In this document: one piece after another, positions 11,947-23,000 of the stretch
Layout: every line of letters begins with the position of its first letter
Numbering within the stretch: the first letter of the stretch is position 1
Assembly: GCA_002269645.1 (NCBI GenBank)
Contig: NIVC01002097.1
Location: 140,908 to 204,907, forward strand
DNA length: 64,000 nucleotides
DNA from: Macrostomum lignano
Taxonomy: Eukaryota
Reading direction: 5' to 3'
Notes under the pieces: generated by a model
Told to the model about the DNA's origin: nothing
What the model saw: the letters and a program-made list of their open reading frames with translations, nothing else
The model's database searches: none
Made by a program: the position numbers and the translations under genes

Positions 11947-13143
11947 TCAAAAATTTTCCGAGCTGACATTCAGCCGCATCTGCGGGTCGATGTACACCTC
12001 GTCCAGCTGCCTGGAGAGCGTGTTGTGCTCGCAAATCCACTCGCCAGGACTGCGTCGATAGCGCAGCCTGCGGGGCGCCAGAGCCGACATCCGGTAGAAC
12101 GACACGGCCTGGAAGCAGCTCCCCACCTTCACCGGCGGCAGGCTGCGCGGCGCGAACCGAACCGACTTCTCGTAGTCGACCACCGGGTACTTTTTGTCCT
12201 CGCCGAAGTGCTTGTTCGAGTAGAAGCTCAGCGTGCACGGGTCGTACAGGTGGGTGTTGAAGGTGGAATGCGCGCACAGCTGCTGCAGCTTAGGCTTGGC
12301 CGCAAAGTAGTAAAGTCCCTGGGTGATGCTGTCCAGATCCCACTCTTTCCAGCTGATGTCCGGATCCATTATCAACAGAAACGTTGCTCGATCGGCCAGG
12401 TGATCGTAGATGTAGTCCATGTACATGTTGCGCAGGGCGGACATCATCAAGCCGCGCTCGACCTCCTCCGGGAAGCTGCGGTAGTGATACGGACCGGGCC
12501 GGTGCTCGCGCTTGGTGCTGTATCGGTAGTTGGTCTTGCACGGCAGCGGGGAGTTGATCCGGCCGCAGCCCAGCAGCCATATGTTGGGATCAGTCAACGT
12601 CATGTTGTACAAGAAGCTGCGGGTCAAGTCTGTCGATTCGTTTTCCACCATCACCACCCAGGACTCACTGAACAGAGCTCTGAGGCGCTGAACGTAATGC
12701 ATGGTGCTCGGTAGGCCGGCCATGCCGTTGCGCACCGTGGCTGCTACCACCACCGACTGGCTGCGGATCCAAGCCCTGCCAGCTGCTGCTCGGTACGCCC
12801 AGTTCTCCTCGTCCTTGGAGAGCCGCATGAGCGGCAGCAGCACGCCCTGTCTGTCGAAGCGGTACATAGACTCATCCATGCTGCGGAACAATTCCTTGTA
12901 ATTCTCATAAAATTCGTAGCGCTGCAGCGTTTTTGGCAGCCCGATTTTAGCAGCTGAAGAACTTGAATAAATTGTATTTACATGTACATGTTGTCGGTTG
13001 TACAGACTAAACAGGGCGAAAGTGACCACAGCTCCGACGCACAAGCCACTCAGAAATGGGAGTTTGATTGACAGGAGGAAACATGTGCCTCCTCTGTCTC
13101 TTTGTGAGCAGATGAGACTTCTCCGATTGCAGAGAGCTCGCAT
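11947..13143 (-). CDS. Intronless type II membrane GT-A glycosyltransferase (GT2/CAP59-GT69-like), 398 aa
   Basis: Single N-terminal TM (LSGLCVGAVVTFALFSLY); VVAATVRN, VVMVENESTDLT (ENxSxDxT motif), MSALRNMY, LLIMDPD (DxD); GC3-rich uninterrupted ORF. Confidence 0.75.
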   Translation of the reverse strand: MRALCNRRSLICSQRDRGGTCFLLSIKLPFLSGLCVGAVVTFALFSLYNRQHVHVNTIYSSSSAAKIGLPKTLQRYEFYENYKELFRSMDESMYRFDRQGVLLPLMRLSKDEENWAYRAAAGRAWIRSQSVVVAATVRNGMAGLPSTMHYVQRLRALFSESWVVMVENESTDLTRSFLYNMTLTDPNIWLLGCGRINSPLPCKTNYRYSTKREHRPGPYHYRSFPEEVERGLMMSALRNMYMDYIYDHLADRATFLLIMDPDISWKEWDLDSITQGLYYFAAKPKLQQLCAHSTFNTHLYDPCTLSFYSNKHFGEDKKYPVVDYEKSVRFAPRSLPPVKVGSCFQAVSFYRMSALAPRRLRYRRSPGEWICEHNTLSRQLDEVYIDPQMRLNVSSENF

Positions 13144-14319
13144 AGCTGACCGTCAAGCATCCGTTTTAGTGCTTGATGAGACGTGCCGGTATTTGTCGTT
13201 TGTATTTGTCAGTGATGAAGTATCGAATCAGAGACTTTCCGCTGTTTTTTTAGGAATCTTAACACCTTCTAGCAATATATAAAAAATTTTTCACCCTTTC
13301 GTAGGCGCAAAGGCGCAAAAATTATTTGAGATTGCTACCATAGTAAAACAAAGTAATCAACCTTTTTTTGTACTTCGTAGGTTGGAATTAACTTTTAATG
13401 TCTCTGAGTGTGTATTCCCATGATATGATGACAACGATTAAAATAATTTAGGTGTACTCATAAATTATCTTTTCGTTCGTTTTCACTTGATTTTTAAACA
13501 TTACGCAGTTCGGTTTTTTAATTAGACCTAGGCTTAACCTAGCCTAACCTCTTGCTAGGTCAAGTAAGGCAAGGGAGAGTTGGGACGGGATGGTTAGGGT
13601 TAGGCCCTAGCCCCTAGGCCATGGCTTAAGCTTAAGTAATGGATGCTGTATTGCTGAGATACTATCATTGTGTATATCAACCCATTTAGAATTCTAATTT
13701 CTAGGATGCTGAGCCTAAACCAAAAGGCCAAAGACAAGGCTTAAACTCAAAAGGGGTGCTTAGGTGCTAGGCCCCTAATATCTATCTAGGCCCTAGGGCT
13801 TGGTCATGAATTCTCATTTTTCATTGGTCATGAAAATTTCGAATTTTGTGATTAGGAAGGCCTAGGCCTAATGTCTTAATAAAATCACTTTGTAATTTTT
13901 TATTTAATTTAAATTATTATGTTATATTATATTTTTTATATCACTGAGGTAGCACTTTTGTGTTTGACTATATATGACCTTGTGTGAGTGTATACCATAG
14001 TTTAGATTGTGTATTCAGGGTTTTTTTTGTGCGCAGAGTGTGCGTATGCACCCTAAATTTTAAAATCGCACCCTGAAATTAAAAAAGTAGGTGCGGTTTA
14101 GGTGCGGTCTTATAACCATTTTTCTTTAAAGGCTTAACCATGCTTAAGCTATTTTTTATGCACTGCCTTAAAATATGAAACAAAATAACTCTTTAAATCC
14201 TATTAAGTCATATAGGCGATATAGCCTATAGCTATAGCCTTATGTAAGATATTAAAATATACATTCCCAGTTGTCTGAAATGTGAGCAATGTGAGGGTTT
14301 CACGAGAGACATTCAGACA

Positions 14320-14690
14320 AAGGCTCCCCAAAACACGCCCCGCACCGGGCCCCGAACTGCTACACATTATAACATTTTTTGTCAATGCAGTATTTGATTG
14401 CAAGGAAAAGTTAAAATAGTAATGGAATAAATATCTTTATTTATTTTTTTAAATATTATTATTTTTTATATTCTCGTTTTCATTATTAAATTATAATATT
14501 ATTATTTTATTAATATTATTATTAATATCACTTATTGTTCACCGAATTTTATATTTCAAAGTAAAAAAACTAAATTTAATAAAAACTTGAAGCTTAACAG
14601 AAAATGCATTCTGAAGTGTCTTTAGTTATAGTCCAATTTGTTTTAATGTGTAGCGCTGCAGGGCGGTGCGGGGCGTGTTTTAGGGAGACC
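14320..14690. mobile_element. MULE-like MITE nested in the left arm of the hAT element
   Basis: TIR ...ctccc(c/t)aaaacacgccccgcacc; 10-bp duplication CATTCAGACA (14310-19 / 14691-700); absent from the matching right arm. Confidence 0.7.
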
Positions 14691-15296
14691 CATTCAGACA
14701 GACATTCAAAATGATTGTCTGTAACTTCAAACAAAATTGACCCGCTTCAACCATCTTTTTGGCAAATACTTACGCAAGTGTTGGGCGTCGAATAAGCTTT
14801 AATTTATTAACTGAAGTAAAAATCCTTCTGACATACATTGATTTAAAAATTGCTTAGCAACACTAGCTCTGATTAGAAATCGCTTTACTGTTGACTAAAA
14901 TTGTTTTGATCGTAGCAGCCTAAAAGCAGATACTGGATTTAAAAATGCTTCGATTTACTCTATACTCATGTCTCAGCTTTAAAATGACACCTCAGGCATC
15001 GCAAAAGACAGCTTTGATGCTGAGATATTCGACACTAAACATGCATTGCTTTGCGCAATCTCACATTCAGAAATTTCACTGATTTTTTGCCGATATTTGT
15101 GCAGTTGCCATGTCCTTGTTTTTCATCAGAATCTTGTCAAATTCTAGTCATGTCTATACGCATGTCTCAGCTTTAAAATGACACCTCAGGCATTGCAAAA
15201 GACAGCTTTGATGCTGAGATATTCGACACTAAACATTGCTTTGCTCAAACTCACATTCGGAAACTTCACTGATTTTTATTCAATATTTGTTCAGAT

Positions 15297-15593
15297 CATA
15301 CATGCGCAACAGTCGGCCGAGTCGGCCGATCCGGCCGACCGATTTGGTGGCCAACCAAGGAAGTCGCAAAAATGCCAACCCGAAAAAACACCGAGTAGTA
15401 GTACTAAGTAGCTGACGAGGCATTTTGGCTTTATAAGACAGTCATAGTTACTCCTGCCGTTTACCCAAAGTTGCGTTAATTTTGCTTTCGGGTTTTTTTA
15501 CATGTAAGTCGCATTTTTGGCCAAAAACTACGTCGCATTTTTGTTAAAACTAAGTCGCATGGCCGACCGAAATTTGGAGGTTGCGCATGTATG
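15297..15593. mobile_element. hAT MITE (TIR CATACATGCGCAAC) carrying a 28S-like segment
   Basis: Perfect TIR and perfect 8-bp TSD GTTCAGAT (15289-96 / 15594-601). Confidence 0.9.
15403..15466 (-). other. Diverged 64-nt fragment of 28S rRNA (H69-H71; R2/I-PpoI target region)
   Basis: Reverse complement GGGTAAACGGCAGGAGTAACTATGACTGTCTTATAAAGCCAAAATGCCTCGTCAGCTACTTAGT matches the conserved eukaryotic 28S sequence (recalled from memory) at 53/64 ungapped. Confidence 0.8.
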
Positions 15594-15619
15594 GTTCAGA
15601 TGCTTGTCTACTTCTCCAT

Positions 15620-16110
15620 TTATTAACCATCGCATGGAGCCTTGCTAACGTACAAGTGTATGTAGTTACAGTAAATGGGGTTTTTGTGACTCACTTAAAC
15701 TTGTTTACGCATTCTGCAGCTATTCGCCGCCTTTCATTGGAGTGATTCATGGAGTCCAGTTGATAAATTTCCACAAATTGGACTGCTTCTACGTCAGATC
15801 TCAACATTTGGAACCGTCCTTGAACTATTTCAGAGTTAAGTGAGCTAATGGCATCAAATGGAAGGCTAGTGCTCGTACTTGTAAGCGAAGCAGGTTCACA
15901 ATTGAAATGGTTATATTCATGGCCATGGGATCTAAACTGATCTGTTTTACTTTCACGATCGCTTTGGTCTCAGAAGGAGCAGCAGTTGATGGACTGAGGT
16001 GAGAAGAAGATGTGTCACAACTTGAGCTGTTTATAGAAAATATCTTTATCCAATTAAATATTTTCATGCGGCTCCTTAGGTTGTTCCGAATTCCGAGTCT
16101 AGAAGTCAAG
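15620..16110 (-). pseudogene. Degenerate coding remnant in the core of the hAT element, product unknown
   Basis: Frameshifted reading ...FQMLRSDVEAVQFVEIYQLDSMNHSNERRRIAAECVNKFK, then a GTGAGT donor and a short downstream exon (LHAMVNKWRSRQ); no recognisable domain. Confidence 0.3.
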
Positions 16111-16478
16111 ACAAAAAAAGTTAAGAACTGCTACTGTAGTCCGTAGGGATTGGAAAGCTTAGCAGTACATTAGAAATCGCCAGTTCAATCTAAAAAGTTT
16201 GAAGTACATATAGCTATTGGGTTGCAACAACAGTAGAAAAAATTCTTCCTTTTTATTTTATTCCCACCGCTTACCTCATTCCGATTTGGATAGCAGAATT
16301 GCCACGCAAAAAAAGTAAAAACATAACAATAAACTATTTGCTTCATATTAATTGCCACTGACTGTTAATAAACGCGACGTCAATTTCTCTCAATAACAGT
16401 TGGAACTACACAACCTGCGCCACGCTGTGAAATGACTTACCTGTGAAAGAAACCCTAAAGCAAAATTAACGCAGTTTT

Positions 16479-16542
16479 GGGTAAACGGCAGGAGTAACTA
16501 TGACTGTCTTATCAAGCCTAAATGCCTCGGCATCTAATTAGT
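16479..16542 (+). other. Second diverged 28S rRNA fragment (inverted relative to the first)
   Basis: GGGTAAACGGCAGGAGTAACTATGACTGTCTTATCAAGCCTAAATGCCTCGGCATCTAATTAGT, 54/64 ungapped to 28S; lies in a ~240-bp unit bounded by caacctg...caggttg (16411-16651) without a clear TSD. Confidence 0.8.
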
Positions 16543-18300
16543 ACCGCGCCGCGCCGTACTAATCGCCGCGCGCCGTACGCGCCGCGCCGCGCCGTATTAG
16601 ATCCGCGCCGGACGCCGTCCGCCAAAATGCCCATGCGCTGCAATCAGGTTGGAACATGTTTCTCGTACACTCGTATATTTATTTGAACCGCAAAGCGGTG
16701 AAAAAGTCATGATTGGTTGCCATATGTACAAATGTACACTCACAGACTCACTGACTCAGGTACAATCTATGCAATATAAAGGCAGGAATCATTAAAAATC
16801 AAATACTTAAGACAGTTTAAGAGAAGTCCAGGTTTAAACTGGACATGACTAGAATTTGACAAGTTTCTGATGAAAAACAAGGACACGGCAACTGCACAAA
16901 TATCGACAAAAAATCAGTGAAATTTCTGAATGTGAGATTGCGCAAAGCAATGCATGTTTAGTGTCAAATATCTCAGCATCAAAGCTGTCTTTTGCGATGC
17001 CTGAGGTGTCATTTTAAAGCTGAGACATGCGTATAGAGTAAATCGAAGCATTTTTAAATCCAGTATCTGCTTTTAGGCTGCTACAATCAAAACAATTTTA
17101 GTCAACAGTAAAGCAATTTCTAATCAGAGCTAGTGTTGCTAAGCAATTTTTAAATCAATGTATGTCAGAAGGATTTTTACTTCAGTTAATAAACTAAAGC
17201 TTATTCGACGCCCAACACTTGCGTAAGTATTTGCCAAAAAGATGGTTGAAGCGGGTCAATTTTGTTTAAAGTTACAGACGATCGTTTCGAATGTCTGTCT
17301 GAATATCTCTCGTGAAACCCTCACATTCTAAACAAGACTCAAGAGAAATTGCACTCTGAGCCTTAAAATCGCACCTTGAAATTTGGCACAAGGTGCGATT
17401 TCGCACCTTATCTCTGGCGAAAAAAAAAACCCAGTGTGTATTAGTATACACTAGGTTTAATGTTAGAAAGAATTACAAGACCTTGTTTATTTGCTGGGTT
17501 TGTGCACTAATACAAAAAAATTATCATTTGACATAATATATCTACTGTGTGTCATATATGCTGGGATATACCCTAGTGTATGCTGAAAAATGGTAAGACC
17601 CTTGTTGTATACTCGGAAATCCTGGCATATATGTTGCCTTCCAAACTAGTATATGGCCAAAGGTAGTGCATGTAATAAAACTAATAAGTAGCATATAGTG
17701 TCCTAGTATTTGAATGATAATATCCTCTGCTATGTTTGCTTTGTTGTCTTGTAAATGATACCTTGGATTTCCTCATAATCTACCATATGTCTTTGAGTAT
17801 AGCACTTATAGCCTACTTTATGTCTAAGCCTTCTCTTCTTGGTTAGGCATTCTATATGGCTCAAATATACTAGCAGAATAGGTCCCCATTTTGCACATCT
17901 TTCAATGGCTATATACATTGTATTGGATGCTTGATTGAGACAGCTAATGGTCTACCTCTGTTTTTTATATAGTCACAAAAGTGCATCTAGTGCATGTTCA
18001 ATAGATTTGCTAGGGACATATTTGATTTGCATCTGAAATTGCTAAAGGTAAAGTTCTAAGTGTCTAGGCCCTAGTTGCTATGGAAGATTCTCCATATAAG
18101 CAGTCTTCTAAATAGAATATGATTTACTTAATAGAGTAGGTCTTTGTGCCAAGTATAAGAATTGCTCCAATGTTCTAAGTGTTATATATTGCTAGAAGTT
18201 CTAGATAGGTGATAGCATATGTAGCATCTTATAGCATCTTGTAGCTACTCATATTTACTAATAAAAGCTATGGGCCACTCATTACCATGTCATCTTTTTG

Positions 18301-18472
18301 CATGCTTGGGCGCAACCTTGGGATTCACTCGGCCGTTTCTATTGGCAACACACACATGTAAGTCGCTATTGGACGGAAAAGTAGTCACGTGACTGGTATC
18401 AGCCAATAGCGACTTACATGTGCGTGTTGCCAATAGAAACGGCCGGGTGATTCCCAAAGTTGCGCATGTATG
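18301..18472. mobile_element. Palindromic hAT MITE (GTTGCGCATGTATG end, same family as 15297-15593)
   Basis: Near-perfect hairpin; 8-bp TSD TCTTTTTG (18293-300 / 18473-80). Confidence 0.9.
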
Positions 18473-18693
18473 TCTTTTTGTGACAGCATAGTGCCTATTC
18501 CCTATGTGGAAATGTTGCTAGTTACTATGAACTATTTGCTAAAATCTAAGACTAGTTGCATAGTTTCTGATGATATAGCAAATTAATTAGATGTAACATG
18601 ATAATCATGTTGCTTGCTTGATATGATGACTAAACTCTACACTGACCTTGATCTAGCACTTTTTCTTTTTACATGTAGCAGTATGGTGTTGTC

Positions 18694-19338
18694 TAGTGTT
18701 CCGCCATAAGGAGGGTCCATGTACCATAGCTGTAGCCATAAGCAAAACTACAGCTTATTCCAATCCTCCATATTCTATAGCCGTAGGGACCCCAAAATTA
18801 CCATATTCCCATAGTTCCCGTAGCTATAGCCATAGTTTTAACAAAAAGTCTAAAAAATAAAATATTTTGAATCAAGACAATAACCTAGTGCTTAAACAAC
18901 AGCAAATTAAATTAGAAAATAAAAGAAACACTTGATTGCCTTTGTAAGATTATATTTTGTCTTTTTTCAGAGCAACAATGCTTAATCATTACTGAAAGTA
19001 CTAATGCTAAACTTTTTCACATTAATAAAAATTAGAGTTTGCTAGTGTTTTATTGTACTTTTTTAGTTATATTTTATAAGTTTCTAGGTTGATAATACAG
19101 TTTACTAAAAGTATTTTTGTTTTACTCTAACTGTTTCTAATATTTTTTTCAATTTTTTAACATTAATAACTACAGCTATGGGAATCTACCAAATGTGACA
19201 GCAACTACCATATTTCTGTAGTCGTAGCCATAAGAGCAGCTAGCTACCATAGGCATACCCGTAGCTGCCATAGGCACCTATTTTACCATATTTGCCATAG
19301 GATCTCGTAGCCATAGCTACGGCTACGGTGGAACACTA
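18694..19338. mobile_element. Older hAT MITE with (c)gtagc subterminal repeats, partly CpG-decayed
   Basis: TIR TAGTGTTCC...GGAACACTA; 8-bp TSD GTGTTGTC (18686-93 / 19339-46). Confidence 0.85.
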
Positions 19339-20028
19339 GTGTTGTCTAGCATGATTCTGATAGTCAGGGAACTAGATATAATAGGTTTTAGTCAAGCAAG
19401 CAAGTTAGTTGACAAAATGCAGAGCAATGCATGGTTTGAGTGGGGCAAGGTTATCTGGACAGGGTAAGGCTATTGGCTTGGCCCTCAAACTTCAACTTTG
19501 TTATTTGTCCTTTAGTATAAAGCTGGTGGTCTGACTGGATAGCCTTGGTCAAGATGAAAGCTAGCCACCATTTTTTGCTGCAATGCAATAATGAAATTGT
19601 AATGAAATGAAGTGGTATAGGCCTGTGACAAAAGGACTATGAACCCAATAAATATATACTTAGAAAGTAGTTTTATGCTTGAGCAAAAATAATGAAAAAT
19701 CATGTTTACTTATTACTTTTTTCATGCAAAGTTGCCACAATCTGTTTTTTCACTAATATCAATGATTTTTGCCTTGTATATAGTGACCCAGGTAATGATA
19801 AAATTTGAATAGTATCAATATTGACTATAATCTAGACATATTAGTTGTGAAATTTTCCTTATTTACTTGCAATAATAATCTTTGATTATAAAGTTAGTAT
19901 TTTCCAAAGCCAATTTTTTTACCTTTTTGTTGCAAAAAGTCTTTCAAATGTCTAAATTTAACTGCTTACTATATAAATTTTTATGCAGTTATAAATAATC
20001 ATATTTTCATGAACAAACCCTGATTTAG

Positions 20029-23000
20029 TGCGGCTAATGGCTTCAGAATCAAAGACTGATAGCAAAGAGCTTCTTAAAGAAGCTTTGCTAGAGAGTAAGA
20101 AGAGAGAGCAACTGCTCATGCCAAGGCTTACTACAAAAGAGCGAGAGCTATGCCAGTGTTTGGTGAGCCAATTGTAGTTGTCACTGTTGTAAAAATCTTA
20201 TGTAAATTTGTGGTTTACCTTCAATCAAATAAAGTATATTTATCATTGTACATTTTGCTTCCTTTTACATAGTTTCATCAGTTTTAGTTCCTGCTTGACA
20301 AATCTGATAATTTGTCACTTGTTATGTGGTCATTAGCCACCCACCATCTGGTCATTAGGCACTCGCCATCTGGTCATTAGCCATCCACAATCTGGTAGTT
20401 AGCAACCTGCCATCTGGTCATTAGTGACCTGCCATTTGGTCATTAGCAACCTACCATTTGGTCATTAGCAACCTACCATTTGGTCATTAGCAACCTGCCA
20501 TTCAGTCATTAGCCACCCACTATCTGGTCCCCACTGAAAAATAGGGAAGGATTTTGGTTTGGATTTTTTAGTTTGGCTTGTCAATATTCTCTGTATCCAT
20601 TCAGTGGGAGAATATCTAGTCATTTCTTTGGATAAGGGATGCCAACTTTACATATCCGGATGTTTTGATTCAGACATTTTGTTTGTAGGCCTATACATAG
20701 ATTGAATTTGGACCTAAGTCCAGAAATGTATCTGGATATAAGGCCAGATTTGAGCCATATATCCAGATGTTTTGTTTGGATACAAGTATTGCATTTTTAT
20801 CTGGACGAAATGGCCAGATATGTAGATTGAATCTGGACATAAGTCCAGAAATGTATCCAGCTATATATTGGGCCAAATGATCCAATTTTCACATTAATCT
20901 AGTTTTCCGATAGATAATGCAGTATATTTGCTGCTTCATTTGTATGAATAAATTCTGTCAATTCAAATGAATAAATTGTAGCAATTCTTTTGCACATTTT
21001 AGTTGACAAAAAGGAAAGATGATTAAATTATATGTTAATATATATTTGATGCTAATAAAAGTGTAAAGATATTATTAAACAACAAGGAAATAAACAAGTA
21101 ACAGAAACATTGTCAAAATTGATCAAATGCTAATAGAGAGCTTGTGGAAAACAAGTAGTTAAACACAGTTTGTGGTAAACAGTTAGTTAGATACAATTAT
21201 TAATAAAAAATAGAAAGGCAAAATTAGTGGCAACAAGTAGTTAGTAATTAGTGGTTTCTAGAAAGAGGCGAGTATTATTAGACAGCCAGACTGCTGTTGT
21301 AGAACATTTGTTATTGAAATATGCTGATTAAATTGGAACGTACTGTGGTGACTTGGCCAGGGGCATAGCCAGGAATTTCCTACAGGGGGGATACACCAAG
21401 GTGAATTTTCTACAGGAGGGATACACCAAGGTAAAAGTGCTACGACAGAGTCACATGGTAGCATGTATAGCAACAAAGGGCAATAAAAAAGTTTTGGTCA
21501 GGCTCTTCTGGGGGATACATCCCCCCTATCCCCCCTCCCTATGCCCCTGGATTTGGCTTGAGTTGAGTGGGGTGCTGGGGGGTTATTCGTTTGCGTTCAC
21601 TTTCCATCGTACTGCGATTCATCTCGCTCCTTAGTTTACTCTGTTGTGCATACGTATACGTGACTAATAAATTTGCAGTCTCCTGAATTATTGATTGGTT
21701 AAAATATTATTTCCATAAATATACAGACAGATTCATCATGCTACCGTTAATCATCGCTTTACAATCAAAACCTATGTGAAGTCTTTACATGTACAGCATC
21801 GAGATCAGTCATCAGTAATCTCAATATCAGTAGCAGTAGCAGTAGTCGTTAGCTGTTTCGCTGGTGTTTGCTGCTCTGGCCACAGAATATACACAGAATG
21901 GTGAATTAGCTCTCTCGCCAAAAAATCTTGCTCCGAAACTATATTCGCGATATGCTGCTAATGATGAGGTGCGTGATAAGTAGTAGATTTAGGCAGCTAG
22001 TGCCATAGACAGCGGTTAGGTGAGCTGTCCACAGAATATACTGTATATACTGTGTATACTCTGGAGCTGTCAGCCGATGCAATATTTTCGATAGCAAGCG
22101 GCAGCATGAATCTGTGGCATGAATGCTAAGACAAAATCCAAGATCCAATGCGCAGCTTACGGGTGCCCGCACTACGCAAATAAGTGCCCACCGCAGACGC
22201 GCTTCCATCGCTTTCCAGCGGATAGAAATCGGTAAGAGCCATTACAATTGCAAGTAGTGTAAATTAGATAAGTTGACATAGAAATACAATATTGCGCTTT
22301 AGATGCTTTTACGCTTATCCTTATCTCTTTACATTGACTTTTAATACATATAGCCTAGGGCGCTTAGCTTAATCTACGTCAATTTGATTGCACTACTTTT
22401 CGCCACCTCATCATTAGTAGTCTATGAACATTTTATTCCGATAACTAGTTTAAGCGCTGATTCACCATTCTGTGTGTATTCTGTGGCTCTGGCTCTGTCT
22501 GCTCTCTTCTGCTTCTGTTACGCGCATTAGTACGCGCATTACTACTAATAAGCTTCCGATCTTCCTCAGGCTTTTAGTTGTAAATGGAAGTTACGCGACA
22601 GCGTTTAAAACAATCGTGAACATCGTCTTCTTCTAGTGTCACGCCTTTTCGACTGCAGTAGGCAGCCACGATCTCTAGTTTTGCTGAATTGGCAATATGA
22701 ATGCGTGGCCCAGGGGCTCCAATTCCACGGGAGGCGACGCGGCGGCCTGAAAACGTTGTCGTCAAAAATTCATCATTTGAAAAGACGGCGCGGAGAATTC
22801 GGCGAATAAAAGCGAACTTCGTCCGCTGCAGCTTCGTTTTTTGCTGTTCCGTCGCCTCCGTTGTTTGCGCACCCCATCGTTGCTGCATGGGCAACAACTC
22901 AGTTAAATTTTTTTCTATGGCTGTGCGGTCCTGCAGCGTGACAAGTAACTTTGCAAACTCCGCGTCCGTCTCTGACAGTGTTGGGCACTTCCATTACCGA

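Larger units (their letters stand above)
14016..17434. mobile_element. 3.4-kb non-autonomous hAT-type element with long internal inverted repeats
   Basis: Termini CAGGGTTTTTTTT...AAAAAAAACCCAG; perfect 8-bp TSD TGTGTATT (14008-15 / 17435-42); subterminal gtgcg/cgcac motifs; inverted arms ~14288-15150 vs ~16844-17328. Confidence 0.85.

Noticed and set aside
15403-16542. A genuine rRNA gene or rDNA unit
   Set aside because: Similarity is limited to ~64 nt, is diverged at universally conserved positions, and is embedded in transposon sequence
17616-18300. Decayed retroelement coding sequence in the CpG-free stretch
   Set aside because: No RT, integrase or endonuclease motif could be recovered in any frame
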